DNA of 64,000 bases from an uncultured Mycobacterium sp. (GCA_964629725.1 CAZVST010000001.1:23197-87196), one strand, 5' to 3'; positions 22,146-33,225 are shown, numbered from the stretch's first letter. Notes: generated by a model from the sequence alone, not told the origin. Made by a program: numbers and translations.

Positions 22146-22317
22146 CCCTTTGAAAAGTTCTGTGAAAAACTGCGGTACTCCGGCGGCTTAGCTCAGCGCG
22201 AGATCCCAGTTTTTGTCGATGCCTGGTTTTGCCGCCAATGACGAACGAGTCAGTCGAGTCGCGTCCGGCAAAGCCCAGGATGCAACAGCAATCCCGCCTG
22301 CGCCTTGCACGACTTTG

Positions 22318-23673
22318 CTAGACGTTCGGGTGCTGACTTGCCGTCCATGATCTCGAAGCCACCGCCGAGGTGACCTTCCGGACCCGATGATCCAGCGCGA
22401 CCGCCTGGAGGGGCCGGCCGGCATACCAATACACGCGCCCCAGGAGACCGCGCGGATAGAAGATCGCCTTCTGCTCGTACCGGCTTCCGTCGCCCTCCGG
22501 GGTGATACGCACTTCCAACCAGCGGTCACCAGCGCTTTTGTGGCTCGAGCGGAGCTTAAGGAGTGCGGGCTGTCGCTCCAGGACGTTCCAGTGGCCGGGC
22601 AGGCTGCTCTCCACCGCCTTCCACAATTGCTCGGGGCTGGCGCTGGTGTGCCGGGCCCGGGTGTCGGTGTACACCACTTCGCCGGCCCACTCCGGGTCAG
22701 TGGGCAGATGCGCTGCTGTGCTGGTGTTCCAGGTGGTCTCCACCTCGCCGCGGGCGATGCGCGCCAACGCCAGGGACACCGAGCGTCGGTACGGCGTGAG
22801 GCCGCCTTCGGGCGGCGGGATGATCGTGTCGATGTCGTGATTGTTCATCACCGCGTCGCAGTGCAGGGACTCCACCAGCGGCCTGGCCAGGCCGGAGGGA
22901 ATCGGAGTCACCAGGCCCACCCACAGGGCGGCAATCCGCGGGGTGAGCACCGGCAGAACCAAGATCCGGCGCGGGTGTAGACCGGCCACTTCGGCGTAGA
23001 TCTGCATCATGTCGCCGTACTCGAGAACGTCCGGCCCGCCGATGTCCCAGGTCCGCGACTTCGGGACGGGGCAGGTGGCCGCGGCCACCAGATAGTGCAA
23101 CACGTCGCGGATCGCGATGGGCTGGATCTTGTTGTGCACCCACTTCGGCGTCGTCATCACCGGCAGCCGGTCGGTGAGGTGGCGGATCATTTCGAACGAC
23201 GCCGACCCGGAGCCGACGACCACCCCGGCCTGCAGCACCACGGTCTCGATCCCGGAGGCGATCAGGATCTCGCCCACGGTGGTCCGCGAGCCGAGGTGCG
23301 TGGACAACTCCGTGCCCTCCGGATGCAGACCGCTGAGATAGACGATGCGCTTTACCCCCGCCTTTCGGGCTGCGGCGACCACGTTCTGCGCCGCCCGGCG
23401 CTCCTCGGCGGCGAAGTCCTTCTCGAAACCCATCGAGTGCACCAGGTAGTAGACGACGTCGATGTCCTGGAACGCCGCCGCCAGGGACTCGGGATCGCCG
23501 AGGTCGGCGCGCGCGACCTCAATCCGGTTGCGCCACGGAACACTCGTCAGTTTGTCGGGGTTGCGGGCCAGCGCCCGAACCGAAAAGCCGCTCTCCAGCA
23601 GTCGGGGGACCAGTCGTCCGCCGATGTACCCGGTCGCGCCGGTCACCAGGCACCGGAGCTGTTCTGCGGCCAT
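22318..23673 (-). CDS. NAD-dependent epimerase/SDR with C-terminal DUF2867-like domain
   Basis: VTGATGYIGG, YYLVHSM and GSGSASFEM motifs. Confidence 0.88.
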   Translation of the reverse strand: MAAEQLRCLVTGATGYIGGRLVPRLLESGFSVRALARNPDKLTSVPWRNRIEVARADLGDPESLAAAFQDIDVVYYLVHSMGFEKDFAAEERRAAQNVVAAARKAGVKRIVYLSGLHPEGTELSTHLGSRTTVGEILIASGIETVVLQAGVVVGSGSASFEMIRHLTDRLPVMTTPKWVHNKIQPIAIRDVLHYLVAAATCPVPKSRTWDIGGPDVLEYGDMMQIYAEVAGLHPRRILVLPVLTPRIAALWVGLVTPIPSGLARPLVESLHCDAVMNNHDIDTIIPPPEGGLTPYRRSVSLALARIARGEVETTWNTSTAAHLPTDPEWAGEVVYTDTRARHTSASPEQLWKAVESSLPGHWNVLERQPALLKLRSSHKSAGDRWLEVRITPEGDGSRYEQKAIFYPRGLLGRVYWYAGRPLQAVALDHRVRKVTSAVASRSWTASQHPNV

Positions 23674-23756
23674 GCGCTCCCCCCTATCGTTCGCACTCAT
23701 TCAACCCTGTTGCCCACAGTCGGCACCGGTATTGGGCCGTCGACGTCACAGCGCCG

Positions 23757-24185
23757 TCAGGAAACCGGACAGCCCGCGGGTTCGGGGACTTCGACGGACC
23801 TGGGCGCACCCACCGGGTTGATGTACACGACCTCCATCACCAGCGGCGTCGAACCCTCGTTGCGGCCGTTATGCACGAACCCAGGACCCACGCCCTCCTT
23901 CACCGGCGCGCCCGTCTGGTAGACGGTGTCGACGGTGCAGCCGCCGTCGTAGTGGGTCATGGTCCCCTGGCTGATGAATCCGAACACTTCGCCGGGGTGG
24001 TAGTGCCAGCCCGTCCCTCCGCCCGGGGCGACCGTGATCCGGGTGACGACGTATTCGGTGCCGTCGACGACGTTCTGAGACAACGTCTGGACATCGACTC
24101 CGGCGGGCGGGGTGCCCGACGCCGGGGGTGCGACTGCGGCGGCGCCGACGATGCTCAGCCCGATCATGAACTGCCATGCCTTCAT
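23757..24185 (-). CDS. Secreted cupin-domain protein
   Basis: Signal peptide; TGWHYHPGE and HNGRNEG motifs. Confidence 0.85.
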   Translation of the reverse strand: MKAWQFMIGLSIVGAAAVAPPASGTPPAGVDVQTLSQNVVDGTEYVVTRITVAPGGGTGWHYHPGEVFGFISQGTMTHYDGGCTVDTVYQTGAPVKEGVGPGFVHNGRNEGSTPLVMEVVYINPVGAPRSVEVPEPAGCPVS

Positions 24186-24249
24186 GGCTGCCAGCGTTTC
24201 ACAGCCCGTTCGATCACCGCGGATAAAGGACGGGGTTAGCGTGCGATGC

Positions 24250-25932
24250 ATGGCCGATTCCTACCTGCTGACGAACGGTTCGATCTGGACCGGCGACCCG
24301 GCGCAACCCTGGGCGCAGGCGCTGGTGGTGCGCGGGCGCGACCTGGTGCACGTCGGAACCCGGGCGGCCGCCGACGACTTCATCGACGCGGCAACGGAAT
24401 TCATCGACCTCGACGGCGGCATGTGCCTGCCGGGATTTATTGACGCGCACAATCACCTGGCGTCGATGGCGCTGTCGAAGCTCGGTGTCAACCTGTCTGG
24501 CGTCGTCGGCCGCCAGGCCGTGATCGCCGCGGTGCGGGATTGGGTCGCCGCCCAGCCGAAGGACGCACCGCTGCGCGGCCACGGCTGGATGCCCGACTCG
24601 TTCGAGGAGCGCTCGCCGCGACGGGAGTGGATCGACGAGATCACCGGCGACCGGCCGATGTACCTGTTCTCCGCCGACGCCCACGACTCCTGGTTCAACA
24701 CCGCCGCCATGCGCGACGCCGGGATCGGTCCGGACACCCCCGATCCAGACCCGGGCGCCCAGTACTGGGTGCGCGACGCCGACGGCACACCCACCGGCCA
24801 CGCGGTCGAGGGCGCCGCGACGATTCCCATCATCGTCGGCCAGAACCTGTTCTCGGTGGCGAATGTCCATGCGGCCCAGCAACTCACACTGCAGCCGGCC
24901 CCGTCGTGGGGGATGACGGCCTACTTCGAGGCGGGCACCATCGTCGGAGCCGTCGGTGAGGACTCGCGCTGGGTGTTCGAGGACCTGATCGCCCAGGACG
25001 AGGCCGGCGCACTCCCGGTGCGGGTTGCCGGTTCGTACTGGACCAGAACGCCCACCGACGACCCGCAGGCCATCACCGACGGCCTGACCCGGTGGAACCG
25101 GGAGTTGCGTTCCGAGCACGTCTCGATCGGCACGTGCAAACTCTGGGCGGACGGCACATTCATGAGCGGCGGAGCGCTGCTACTGTCGCCGTGCTGCGGC
25201 CACGCCGCAGACGACCTTGGCGCCATGACATTTCCCGCGGAGAACATCGAAGCCCAGATCGAGGCGGTTCAGGCGGCCGGCTTCGACATGCACATCCACA
25301 TCGACGGCGACGGCTCGGCGCGGGTGGTGCTCGACGCCTACGAACGCGTCCTGCGCCGGCTGGGGGCGCGGAGCAGCCCCGGTAGACCCAGACATGTGCT
25401 CGCGCACAACTCGATGGTGGATCCCGCCGATATCGGCCGGTACGCGCAGATGGGGATCATCGCCAACTGCACGCCGCTGTGGGGCACTGACTACAACGGG
25501 CAATACCTGGACATCTACACCGCGATGCTGGGCGCCGACCGGGTCGAGGAACGGCTGTTCCCGTACGGGGACCTGGTGCGCTCCGGTGCCGTGGTGACCT
25601 ACGGCAGTGATATCCCCGGCGTCGACATCCCCGAGATTCCCCCGCTGATCCAGATCGAGGCGTTGGTCACCCGGAAACGCCCGGGGCACCCGGAGGACGT
25701 TCCTCTGGTGGCCCGCCAGCGGATCGGCCTGCACGACGCCTTGCGCGGCTACACCGCCAACGGGGCCTACCAGTTGCGGCTGGAACACCGCACCGGCAGC
25801 CTGACCGTCGGAAAAGCCGCCGACCTGACCGTGCTGCGCGCCGATCTGTTCCGGGTGAACCCGCAGGAGATCCACGCCGTGCCCGTGGTGCTGACGATGA
25901 TGGACGGCCGGATCACCCACGACGCGCGCTAG
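24250..25932 (+). CDS. Amidohydrolase (YtcJ-like)
   Basis: PGFIDAHNH, HIHIDGD, YGSD and GKAADL motifs. Confidence 0.9.
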   Translation: MADSYLLTNGSIWTGDPAQPWAQALVVRGRDLVHVGTRAAADDFIDAATEFIDLDGGMCLPGFIDAHNHLASMALSKLGVNLSGVVGRQAVIAAVRDWVAAQPKDAPLRGHGWMPDSFEERSPRREWIDEITGDRPMYLFSADAHDSWFNTAAMRDAGIGPDTPDPDPGAQYWVRDADGTPTGHAVEGAATIPIIVGQNLFSVANVHAAQQLTLQPAPSWGMTAYFEAGTIVGAVGEDSRWVFEDLIAQDEAGALPVRVAGSYWTRTPTDDPQAITDGLTRWNRELRSEHVSIGTCKLWADGTFMSGGALLLSPCCGHAADDLGAMTFPAENIEAQIEAVQAAGFDMHIHIDGDGSARVVLDAYERVLRRLGARSSPGRPRHVLAHNSMVDPADIGRYAQMGIIANCTPLWGTDYNGQYLDIYTAMLGADRVEERLFPYGDLVRSGAVVTYGSDIPGVDIPEIPPLIQIEALVTRKRPGHPEDVPLVARQRIGLHDALRGYTANGAYQLRLEHRTGSLTVGKAADLTVLRADLFRVNPQEIHAVPVVLTMMDGRITHDAR

Positions 25933-25957
25933 AGATCGGTAGAGCAGAATCGCTGCC

Positions 25958-26587
25958 ATGGCATTTCGCGGGTGGCCCGTCGAGGCGGTCGAGTTCTTCG
26001 AGGGACTGCAGGCCGACAACTCCAAGCCGTACTGGCAGGACCACCGGGAAGTCTACGAGCGCTGCGTACGCGCCCCGATGGAACATTTGCTGACCGAACT
26101 CTCCGACGAGTTCGGCCCGAGCAAGCTGTTCCGGCCCTACCGCGATGTGCGGTTCAGCGCAGACAAGGCGCCCTACAAGACCAACTGCGCGGCGACCCTC
26201 GGTCAGGGCGTGGGCCAGGCCTACATCTCGTTGTCCGCAGACGGCCTCTCGGTCGGTGGCGGCCTGTACATGCCGGACCCGGCGACGTTGCAGCGCTACC
26301 GCACGGCGGTGGACCGGGAGAAGTCCGGAACCCAACTCGCCGAGATTGTCGACGGCCTTCACGCGGCGGGCTATCAGACCATGGCCCACGAGGTGCTCAA
26401 GACGGCGCCGAAGGGCTTCCCCAAAGATCATCCCCGCATCGATCTGTTGCGCCACAAGGGAATCGCCATGATGAAGGACTGGCCGGTCGGAGCGTGGCTC
26501 GGCACCGCCAAGGCCAAGGACAAGGTGGTGGCAACCCTGCGGGCCGGAGTGCCGCTCAACGAGTGGCTCAGCCGCTACGTCGCCTGA
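25958..26587 (+). CDS. DUF2461 family protein
   Basis: NSKPYW, FRPYRDVRFSADKAPYK and LKTAPKGFPKDHP motifs. Confidence 0.9.
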   Translation: MAFRGWPVEAVEFFEGLQADNSKPYWQDHREVYERCVRAPMEHLLTELSDEFGPSKLFRPYRDVRFSADKAPYKTNCAATLGQGVGQAYISLSADGLSVGGGLYMPDPATLQRYRTAVDREKSGTQLAEIVDGLHAAGYQTMAHEVLKTAPKGFPKDHPRIDLLRHKGIAMMKDWPVGAWLGTAKAKDKVVATLRAGVPLNEWLSRYVA

Positions 26588-26591
26588 ACGC

Positions 26592-27803
26592 ATGGCAACC
26601 CCTGTTCACGACCTGGTGGTGGTCGGCGCCGGCATCGTCGGCCTCGCCGTGGCGCGGGAGTGGATCACCCGGCGCCCCGACGACTCCGCCGCGGTGCTCG
26701 AACGGGAGACCGCGCCCGCCCGGCACCAGACCGGCCACAACTCCGGGGTGATCCACGGCGGCATCTACTACCAGCCCGGCTCGCTGAAGGCCCGACTGTG
26801 CGTCGAAGGCGCGCGGCTGATGTACGACTACTGCGATCACCATGCGATCCCGTACCGGCGCTGCGGCAAGCTCATCGTGGCGACCGACGCCCGGGAACTG
26901 TCCAGGCTCGACGATCTCCAGGCGCGCGGAATCGCCAACGCGGTTCCCGGCCTGCGCCGGATCAGTGCCGCCGAGATCGCCGACATCGAACCGAATGCCG
27001 TTGGGCTGCAAGCACTTCATGCACCAAACACCGGAATCGTCGACTACGGCCGGGTTGCCCAGGTGATCGCCGACGAACTCGCCGGCAGTGGAGTGGACGT
27101 TCGTTACGGAGTGGGCGTCGAATCGATCGATGCAAACGGTGCACCCGCAGTGGTCCATACCGGCAGCGGCCCGGTGACCGCCCGGACGGTGATCGTCTGC
27201 GCCGGCTTGTGGGCCGACCGGCTGGCCCGGCGGGCGGGCGCGCCTCGCGATCCGCAGATTGTGCCCTTCCGCGGCGCCTACCTCGTGCTGAAGCCCACGC
27301 CGACCCCGCGTATCAACGGCATGATCTACCCGGTCCCCAACCCCGAACTGCCCTTCCTGGGCGTTCACATCACCAGCCACATCAACGGCGAGGTCACCCT
27401 CGGTCCGACCGCCATGATCGTCGCCGCCCGCGACGCCTACGCGCTGCGGCGGCTCAGCGGGCGCGACGCCTGGGAGTCGCTCACCTGGCCCGGCACCTGG
27501 CGGGTGGCGCGCAGATACTGGCGTGTCGGAATCGACGAGATGCGGATGGCGGCCAGTCGGCGTGCCTTCGTCGCCGCCGCGGCGCGCTACCTGCCCGGCC
27601 TGTCGCTCGACGACCTCGACGGCACCACCCACGCCGGGGTCCGGGCCCAGGCTGTAGGCCGTGACGGCGCCCTGGTCGACGACTTCGTGTTCTCCCACCA
27701 CCAGCAGGTGACCCACGTGCGTAACGCGCCCTCACCGGCGGCGACGTCCGCCTTCGCCCTGGCCCGGGAGATCGTCGACCGAGTTGAGGCCGAGAATCGG
27801 TGA
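26592..27803 (+). CDS. lhgO: L-2-hydroxyglutarate oxidase-like FAD oxidoreductase
   Basis: VGAGIVG, HNSGVIHGGIYY...SLKARLC and NAPSPAAT motifs. Confidence 0.85.
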   Translation: MATPVHDLVVVGAGIVGLAVAREWITRRPDDSAAVLERETAPARHQTGHNSGVIHGGIYYQPGSLKARLCVEGARLMYDYCDHHAIPYRRCGKLIVATDARELSRLDDLQARGIANAVPGLRRISAAEIADIEPNAVGLQALHAPNTGIVDYGRVAQVIADELAGSGVDVRYGVGVESIDANGAPAVVHTGSGPVTARTVIVCAGLWADRLARRAGAPRDPQIVPFRGAYLVLKPTPTPRINGMIYPVPNPELPFLGVHITSHINGEVTLGPTAMIVAARDAYALRRLSGRDAWESLTWPGTWRVARRYWRVGIDEMRMAASRRAFVAAAARYLPGLSLDDLDGTTHAGVRAQAVGRDGALVDDFVFSHHQQVTHVRNAPSPAATSAFALAREIVDRVEAENR

Positions 27804-27846
27804 GCAGTGGCCTGCGTCCCGAAGGCGACCGGTAGCCTTGACAGTG

Positions 27847-28947
27847 ATGTCTGTGGAGTGGTCGGGAAATGAGCGGGGGGAAGGCGCCCGCGTCTCCTAC
27901 GCGTCGGCTGGAGTGGATATCGAGGCCGGCGACCGCGCCGTGGAACTGTTCAAGCCCCTCGCTAAGCGGGCCACTCGCCCGGAAGTGCGCGGAGGTCTGG
28001 GCGGCTTCGCCGGGCTATTCGCCCTGCGGGGCGGCTACCGCGAACCGGTGATCGCATCGTCCACGGACGGGGTCGGCACCAAACTGGCCGTCGCCCAGGC
28101 CATGGACATCCACCACACCGTCGGTCTCGACCTGGTCGCCATGGTGGTCGACGACCTGGTCGTGTGCGGGGCCGAGCCGCTGTTCCTGCAGGACTACATC
28201 GCGGTGGGTCGCACCGTTCCCGAGCGGGTCAGCGCCATCGTGTCCGGCATCGCGGAGGGCTGCGTGATCGCCGGTTGTGCCCTGCTCGGTGGGGAGACCG
28301 CCGAGCATCCCGGCTTGATGGCACCGGAGCATTACGACATCTCCGGCACCGGGGTGGGCGTCGTCGAGGCCGACGACATCCTCGGACCCGAGCGGGTGCG
28401 GCCCGGAGACGTCATCATCGCGATGGGGTCCTCCGGGCTGCACTCCAACGGCTACTCCCTGGCCCGGAAAGTGCTGCTGGAGATCGACCGGATGAGCCTG
28501 TGGGGCCACGTCGAGGAGTTCGGCCGCACGCTGGGCGAGGAATTGCTTGAGCCCACCCGTATCTACGCCAAAGACTGCCTGGCGCTGGCGGCCGAGACCA
28601 AGGTCCGGACCTTCTGCCACGTCACGGGCGGCGGATTGGCGGGCAATCTCGAGCGCGTCATCCCGCACGGCCTGGTCGCCGAGATCGACCGGGGAACCTG
28701 GACGCCGGCGCCGGTGTTCGGCCTCATCGCCCAGCGCGGCCGTGTCGAACGCGAAGAGATGGAGAAGACGTTCAACATGGGCGTCGGGATGGCGGCCGTC
28801 GTCGCGCCTGAAGACACTGACCGCGCCCTGGCGATCCTCACCGCCCGGCATCTGAACTGCTGGGTGCTCGGCACCGTCACCAAATCATCAACGAAGGGCG
28901 GCGTCAGCCCCCGCGCCAAATTGGTGGGACAACACCCGCGGTTCTAG
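27847..28947 (+). CDS. purM: AIR synthetase
   Basis: SYASAGVD, DGVGTK, GGETAEHPG and HSNGYSL motifs. Confidence 0.98.
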   Translation: MSVEWSGNERGEGARVSYASAGVDIEAGDRAVELFKPLAKRATRPEVRGGLGGFAGLFALRGGYREPVIASSTDGVGTKLAVAQAMDIHHTVGLDLVAMVVDDLVVCGAEPLFLQDYIAVGRTVPERVSAIVSGIAEGCVIAGCALLGGETAEHPGLMAPEHYDISGTGVGVVEADDILGPERVRPGDVIIAMGSSGLHSNGYSLARKVLLEIDRMSLWGHVEEFGRTLGEELLEPTRIYAKDCLALAAETKVRTFCHVTGGGLAGNLERVIPHGLVAEIDRGTWTPAPVFGLIAQRGRVEREEMEKTFNMGVGMAAVVAPEDTDRALAILTARHLNCWVLGTVTKSSTKGGVSPRAKLVGQHPRF

Positions 28948-28963
28948 AACGAACCGCCCGCCC

Positions 28964-29128
28964 TTAGGGACGCCAGTCGTCCTCGTCGTCCAAGGACTCC
29001 TGAGTGGAGTCGCTGTTCCCGGATCCGGCCAACTCCTGTTGGAGACGGCTGAAATCGGTTTGCGGAGAGCTGTATTTCAGATCTCGGGCAACCTTGGTCT
29101 GCTTTGCCTTAGCCCGGCCGCGGCCCAT
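28964..29128 (-). CDS. DUF3073 small protein (Rv0810c-like), 54 aa, absent from the ORF track
   Basis: MGRGRAKAKQTKVARDLKYSSPQTDF...DDWRP. Confidence 0.93.
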   Translation of the reverse strand: MGRGRAKAKQTKVARDLKYSSPQTDFSRLQQELAGSGNSDSTQESLDDEDDWRP

Positions 29129-29291
29129 AGGGGAACCCCCTCGCGCATAAACGGAGCGGCCTGAAAATCAGACGGCTCCGGATCAATGTCGTATTTATCC
29201 TGACCAACACCCTACCGTGCCGCGCCCCGATGTGGGGGGGAGGCCCGTCGCTCACGGGGAACGGCGCGGGAAGCAGGCGTTCCCGCACAGC

Positions 29292-30383
29292 TCAGTGCGG
29301 CTGGGTCCCGCCCCGCAGCCGTTCGACCGCCTGACGCCCAACGCCCGCGACATCGGCCGGAGGCAGCGTGTCGGCGTCCATCACCGCCGAGGCCGGGTGG
29401 GCGCCACCGGTGGTGAGCGGCATGTCGGCGGGCAGCGCCCGCTTGACCAACGCCAACGCGATCGGGCCGAGGTCGACGTGGTCGACGACGGTGCCCAATC
29501 GTCCCACCTGACGGCCGGCGGCCAGGACCGGATCGCCGGTTGCCGGCCGCTCCTCGGAGCCGTCGAGGTGCAGCAGCACCATCATGCGGGGCGGACGCCC
29601 CAGGTTGTGCACCCTCGCGACGGTCTCCTGCCCTCGGTAGCAGCCCTTGTCCAGGTGGACCGCGCCGAGGCCCGGCGGGCCGATCCAGCCGACCTCGTGC
29701 GGGATTGTCCGCTCGTCGGTGTCCACGCCCAGGCGCGGACGCACGGCCGCCACCCGCTGCGCTTCGTAGGCCCAGACGCCGGCCGATCGGACCCCGGCGT
29801 CGGCGAGCCGGTTCAGCCACTGCTCCTTCTGTTCACGCGGGACCAGGAGGTCGACAGTGATGGCCTCGCCGGGCATCCGGCGCACGAAACCGCCGTGGGG
29901 CAGGGCGACCGCTGTCGACTCCGCCGGCCGCGCCTCGACGCCGAGGGCTTCCAGCCCGGACGGGTCGGCCAATCGGGGGCCTATCAAGGACAACACGGCA
30001 AGGTCGGCCATAGCGGGCTGGACGTCGGACCAGAACACCAATTTCTTGAGATAGCCGAGGAGCGGGTCGCCCCGCCACGGTTCGGTGTCCAGGAAGGTCA
30101 GGCCCCCCAGTTCGGTCTGCTGCCAGTGATCTTCGACGCGGCCCTGGCCGTCGAGGCTGAGGTTCTCGGTGCACGCGCCGTCGGCCAACTCCGAGACATG
30201 CTGAGTGGTGAAGGAATGCAACCATGCCTGGCGGTCGGCACCCCGCAGCGTAATGACCGCCCGGTGCGATCGGTCCACCACCACCGCGCCGTCGGCGGCG
30301 GCGCGCTGCTCGCCGAGGGGGTCGCCGTAGTGCCACACGGCGCCGGCATCGGGTGAGGTTTCGGGGGCGAGCACGGCTGACAC
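29292..30383 (-). CDS. ygfZ: Folate-binding protein YgfZ
   Basis: KGCYRGQE motif. Confidence 0.92.
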   Translation of the reverse strand: MSAVLAPETSPDAGAVWHYGDPLGEQRAAADGAVVVDRSHRAVITLRGADRQAWLHSFTTQHVSELADGACTENLSLDGQGRVEDHWQQTELGGLTFLDTEPWRGDPLLGYLKKLVFWSDVQPAMADLAVLSLIGPRLADPSGLEALGVEARPAESTAVALPHGGFVRRMPGEAITVDLLVPREQKEQWLNRLADAGVRSAGVWAYEAQRVAAVRPRLGVDTDERTIPHEVGWIGPPGLGAVHLDKGCYRGQETVARVHNLGRPPRMMVLLHLDGSEERPATGDPVLAAGRQVGRLGTVVDHVDLGPIALALVKRALPADMPLTTGGAHPASAVMDADTLPPADVAGVGRQAVERLRGGTQPH

Positions 30384-30430
30384 AGCTCAACTCTACGAGG
30401 TTCGCATTGGGGCCGTTAGGCTATGCATCC

Positions 30431-31312
30431 ATGGCCGGCCCGCCCCTCGTCGTGGTCACCCTCGACGGCACCGTGGCCGATCCAGGTCAGCCGCTGCTGT
30501 TCGCCGATGACCTCGCCGCTGTGCGGGGCGACGGCGTCTTCGAGACGCTGCTGGTGCGCGACGGCCGGTCTTGTCTGGTGGAGCTGCACCTGCGCCGGTT
30601 GGTCGCCTCCGCGGCCCTGATGGATCTGCCCGCACCGCACCTGCCCACGTGGCGGGAGGCCATCGCCATCGCCGAGGCGCATTGGGCTGGGCACACCGCT
30701 GACGAGGGGGCGCTTCGCCTGGTCTACGGCCGCGGACGGGAAAGCGGATCGGACCCGACCGCCTACCTGACCGTCACCGCACTGGCACCCCGGGTGGAAG
30801 CGGCCCGCCGGCATGGAGTCTCGGCGGTCATGCTCGACCGTGGCCTGGCGGCGGCCGGAGCCGAGACCATGCCTTGGCTGCTGGCCGGAGCGAAGACGCT
30901 GTCCTATGCGGTGAACATGGCCGCGCTGCGGCACGCCGCCCGACGCGGGGCCGACGACGTGATCTTCGTCAGCTCCGACGGCTACATCCTGGAAGGGCCG
31001 CGCTCGACCCTGGTGATCGCCACCGCCGGTGACGGCGGACGGCCGTGCCTGCTCACGCCGCCGCCGTGGTACCCGATTCTGCGCGGCACGACTCAGCAGG
31101 CATTGTTCGAAGTCGCCCGCGACGCCGGGTACGACTGCGACTACCAGGCCCTGAGGCCTGCAGATCTGGTTACCGCACAAGGGATTTGGCTGGTCTCCAG
31201 CATCACTCTCGGTGCCCGCGTACACACCCTGGACGGCACTGCCCTGCCGCCTGCACCGCTGCGCAACGAAGTCGCGTCGCTCGTAGAGGCCGCCGTTCTC
31301 AGCGATCGCTAG
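30431..31312 (+). CDS. pabC: Aminodeoxychorismate lyase / class IV aminotransferase
   Basis: RGDGVFET, AKTLSYA, LEGPRST and ILRGTTQ motifs. Confidence 0.88.
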   Translation: MAGPPLVVVTLDGTVADPGQPLLFADDLAAVRGDGVFETLLVRDGRSCLVELHLRRLVASAALMDLPAPHLPTWREAIAIAEAHWAGHTADEGALRLVYGRGRESGSDPTAYLTVTALAPRVEAARRHGVSAVMLDRGLAAAGAETMPWLLAGAKTLSYAVNMAALRHAARRGADDVIFVSSDGYILEGPRSTLVIATAGDGGRPCLLTPPPWYPILRGTTQQALFEVARDAGYDCDYQALRPADLVTAQGIWLVSSITLGARVHTLDGTALPPAPLRNEVASLVEAAVLSDR

Positions 31313-31548
31313 CCGCGAAAAACCCTTGGCACATCGGCCCGTACGCGAGTACGGTCACCGGTACGCAAGGAAGGAGGTGGTCCGAGAATTTGAGTACTTT
31401 TTGGACATGTGAGGTGGCTGCCCGCTATTAGCACCAGGTGCCGGAATCACCCCGCGCGTGTGTGCGCCGGCGAATTCCAGGCAGCTACCCGGCCCCCGAG
31501 CTCCCGGTCCGTCCAACCAGGATCAACGGCTCGGGGGCCGTTCCATCT

Positions 31549-32943
31549 CTACTCCGTGCTGCGCCGGCTGTCGCCAAGACCCGCGCTGCGTTCGAGGTCC
31601 TCCAGTGCCGGTCCGATCGCGTCGGCGAGGTCGCCGATATCGTCGGCGATCTCAGGGGTCGACACGAACCCGAAATCTACCCAGTCCCGGTAGCTGAAGC
31701 AGGTGATGTTGAGTGCGACGTCCATCAACAGCGGGCCGATCGGGGTGAACTGCTCCAGCACCGCGCCGGCGGCGTACAACGGAACCGGCGGGCCGGGAAC
31801 ATTCGAGATCACCAGATTGATCGGAGGGACGTTCTCGCCGAGCCGGCTGGCGGTATAGGCCCGGGCGGCGAGCCGGAACCATCCCGGAGGCGTCGTTTCG
31901 GTCAACCCCATGATCTGGTGGGCCGTCATCGCCTCGGCCATCTGCTTGGCCGCCTGAGAGGACCGGTAGACCGCCCTGATCCGCTCGCCCGGATCGACGA
32001 TCTCAGTCGGCAGGCTCACCGTCATGGAACTGATGGCATTGCCGACCGCGGTGGCCTCGCTGCGGGTCGACACCGGAATCTGAGCCACCAGCGCACGTTC
32101 CGGCAGTTCCCCGCTGCGGCCCAGATAGGACCGCAGCGCGCCGCTGACCAGCGCCAGCACCACGTCGTTCACCTTGACGCCATAGGCGTCTTTGACCGCC
32201 TTCACCCGATCGAGGGGCACTCGCGCGGCCGTGATCCGCCGCTGCCGGGAGATCGGGGCGTTGAAGCGGGTGGCCGGGGCCTCGAAGTAGCCGGGTGGCT
32301 TGTCGTGAATCGTGCGGGCCACCAACTGCTGCCGCACTGTCTGGTCGATCAGCCGAATCACCCGGTAGGGCGTCATGATGCCGACGTTGACAGCCGCGCC
32401 CAGCAGTTGCAGCTCGCGCCGGGGAAGTGCGCGGCCCCGCCCCGGCGGCGGCCGCCCCGGCGGCCGGGGCTCGGCGGAGACGTCGAAGAGGATCTCGCTG
32501 AGCCCGGCGCCGGAGACGCCGTCCACCAGGCAGTGGTGAATCTTGGTCAGCAGTGCGACGCGCCCGCCTTCGAGACCTTCGATGAACCACATTTCCCACA
32601 GGGGTTTTGCGCGATCCAGTCTGTACGACCACAGCCTTCCGACCAGTTCGTCGAGTTCCGTCCTGCTGCCGGGAGACGGCAGAGCGAGATGACGAAGGTG
32701 GTAGTCCAAGTCGGGTTCGTCGTCGACGAACCACGGCCGGTCCAGACCGAACGGGGCCTCCACCACCCGATAACGCAGCTGCGGTAGTTCGGCCAGCCGT
32801 TCGGCGACCAGATCCCGCACCCGCTCGAAGGAGAAGTCCGCAGCACCGCTGGGGTCGCAGATCGCCAGCGCACCGATGTGCATATGCCAGGACGACGTCT
32901 CGGCGAACCAGAAGGCGGCGTCCACGCTGGACATGCGGGGCAT
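31549..32943 (-). CDS. Wax ester synthase / diacylglycerol acyltransferase
   Basis: HHCLVDG motif, [16 protein letters not shown]. Confidence 0.93.
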   Translation of the reverse strand: MPRMSSVDAAFWFAETSSWHMHIGALAICDPSGAADFSFERVRDLVAERLAELPQLRYRVVEAPFGLDRPWFVDDEPDLDYHLRHLALPSPGSRTELDELVGRLWSYRLDRAKPLWEMWFIEGLEGGRVALLTKIHHCLVDGVSGAGLSEILFDVSAEPRPPGRPPPGRGRALPRRELQLLGAAVNVGIMTPYRVIRLIDQTVRQQLVARTIHDKPPGYFEAPATRFNAPISRQRRITAARVPLDRVKAVKDAYGVKVNDVVLALVSGALRSYLGRSGELPERALVAQIPVSTRSEATAVGNAISSMTVSLPTEIVDPGERIRAVYRSSQAAKQMAEAMTAHQIMGLTETTPPGWFRLAARAYTASRLGENVPPINLVISNVPGPPVPLYAAGAVLEQFTPIGPLLMDVALNITCFSYRDWVDFGFVSTPEIADDIGDLADAIGPALEDLERSAGLGDSRRSTE

Positions 32944-32958
32944 GAAGCCCAGGGTAGG

Positions 32959-33225
32959 TCAGGGTGCGGCGGGCCCGGGAGCCAACGTCGCGCAGGCTTT
33001 CATCGCTGTGTCCCAGGTTGCCCGGTCGACACCAGCCGGCGGGCCGAGAACCACCGGCGCACCGCCTGTTTCGGCCACGCCGTTCGCCTTGAGGCAATCG
33101 GCCAGCGATCCGTGTGCCGGATGGGAGTCCACGTCGGTCGCGGGTTGTGGTGGTTCCTGCTTCGACGAGCAGGCTGCGATGAGCAATGCGGCGCCGATGG
33201 CCGCGGCCGTCTTGAGCGCCCTCAT
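32959..33225 (-). CDS. Small lipoprotein
   Basis: [19 protein letters not shown] lipobox; two further Cys. Confidence 0.7.
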   Translation of the reverse strand: MRALKTAAAIGAALLIAACSSKQEPPQPATDVDSHPAHGSLADCLKANGVAETGGAPVVLGPPAGVDRATWDTAMKACATLAPGPAAP

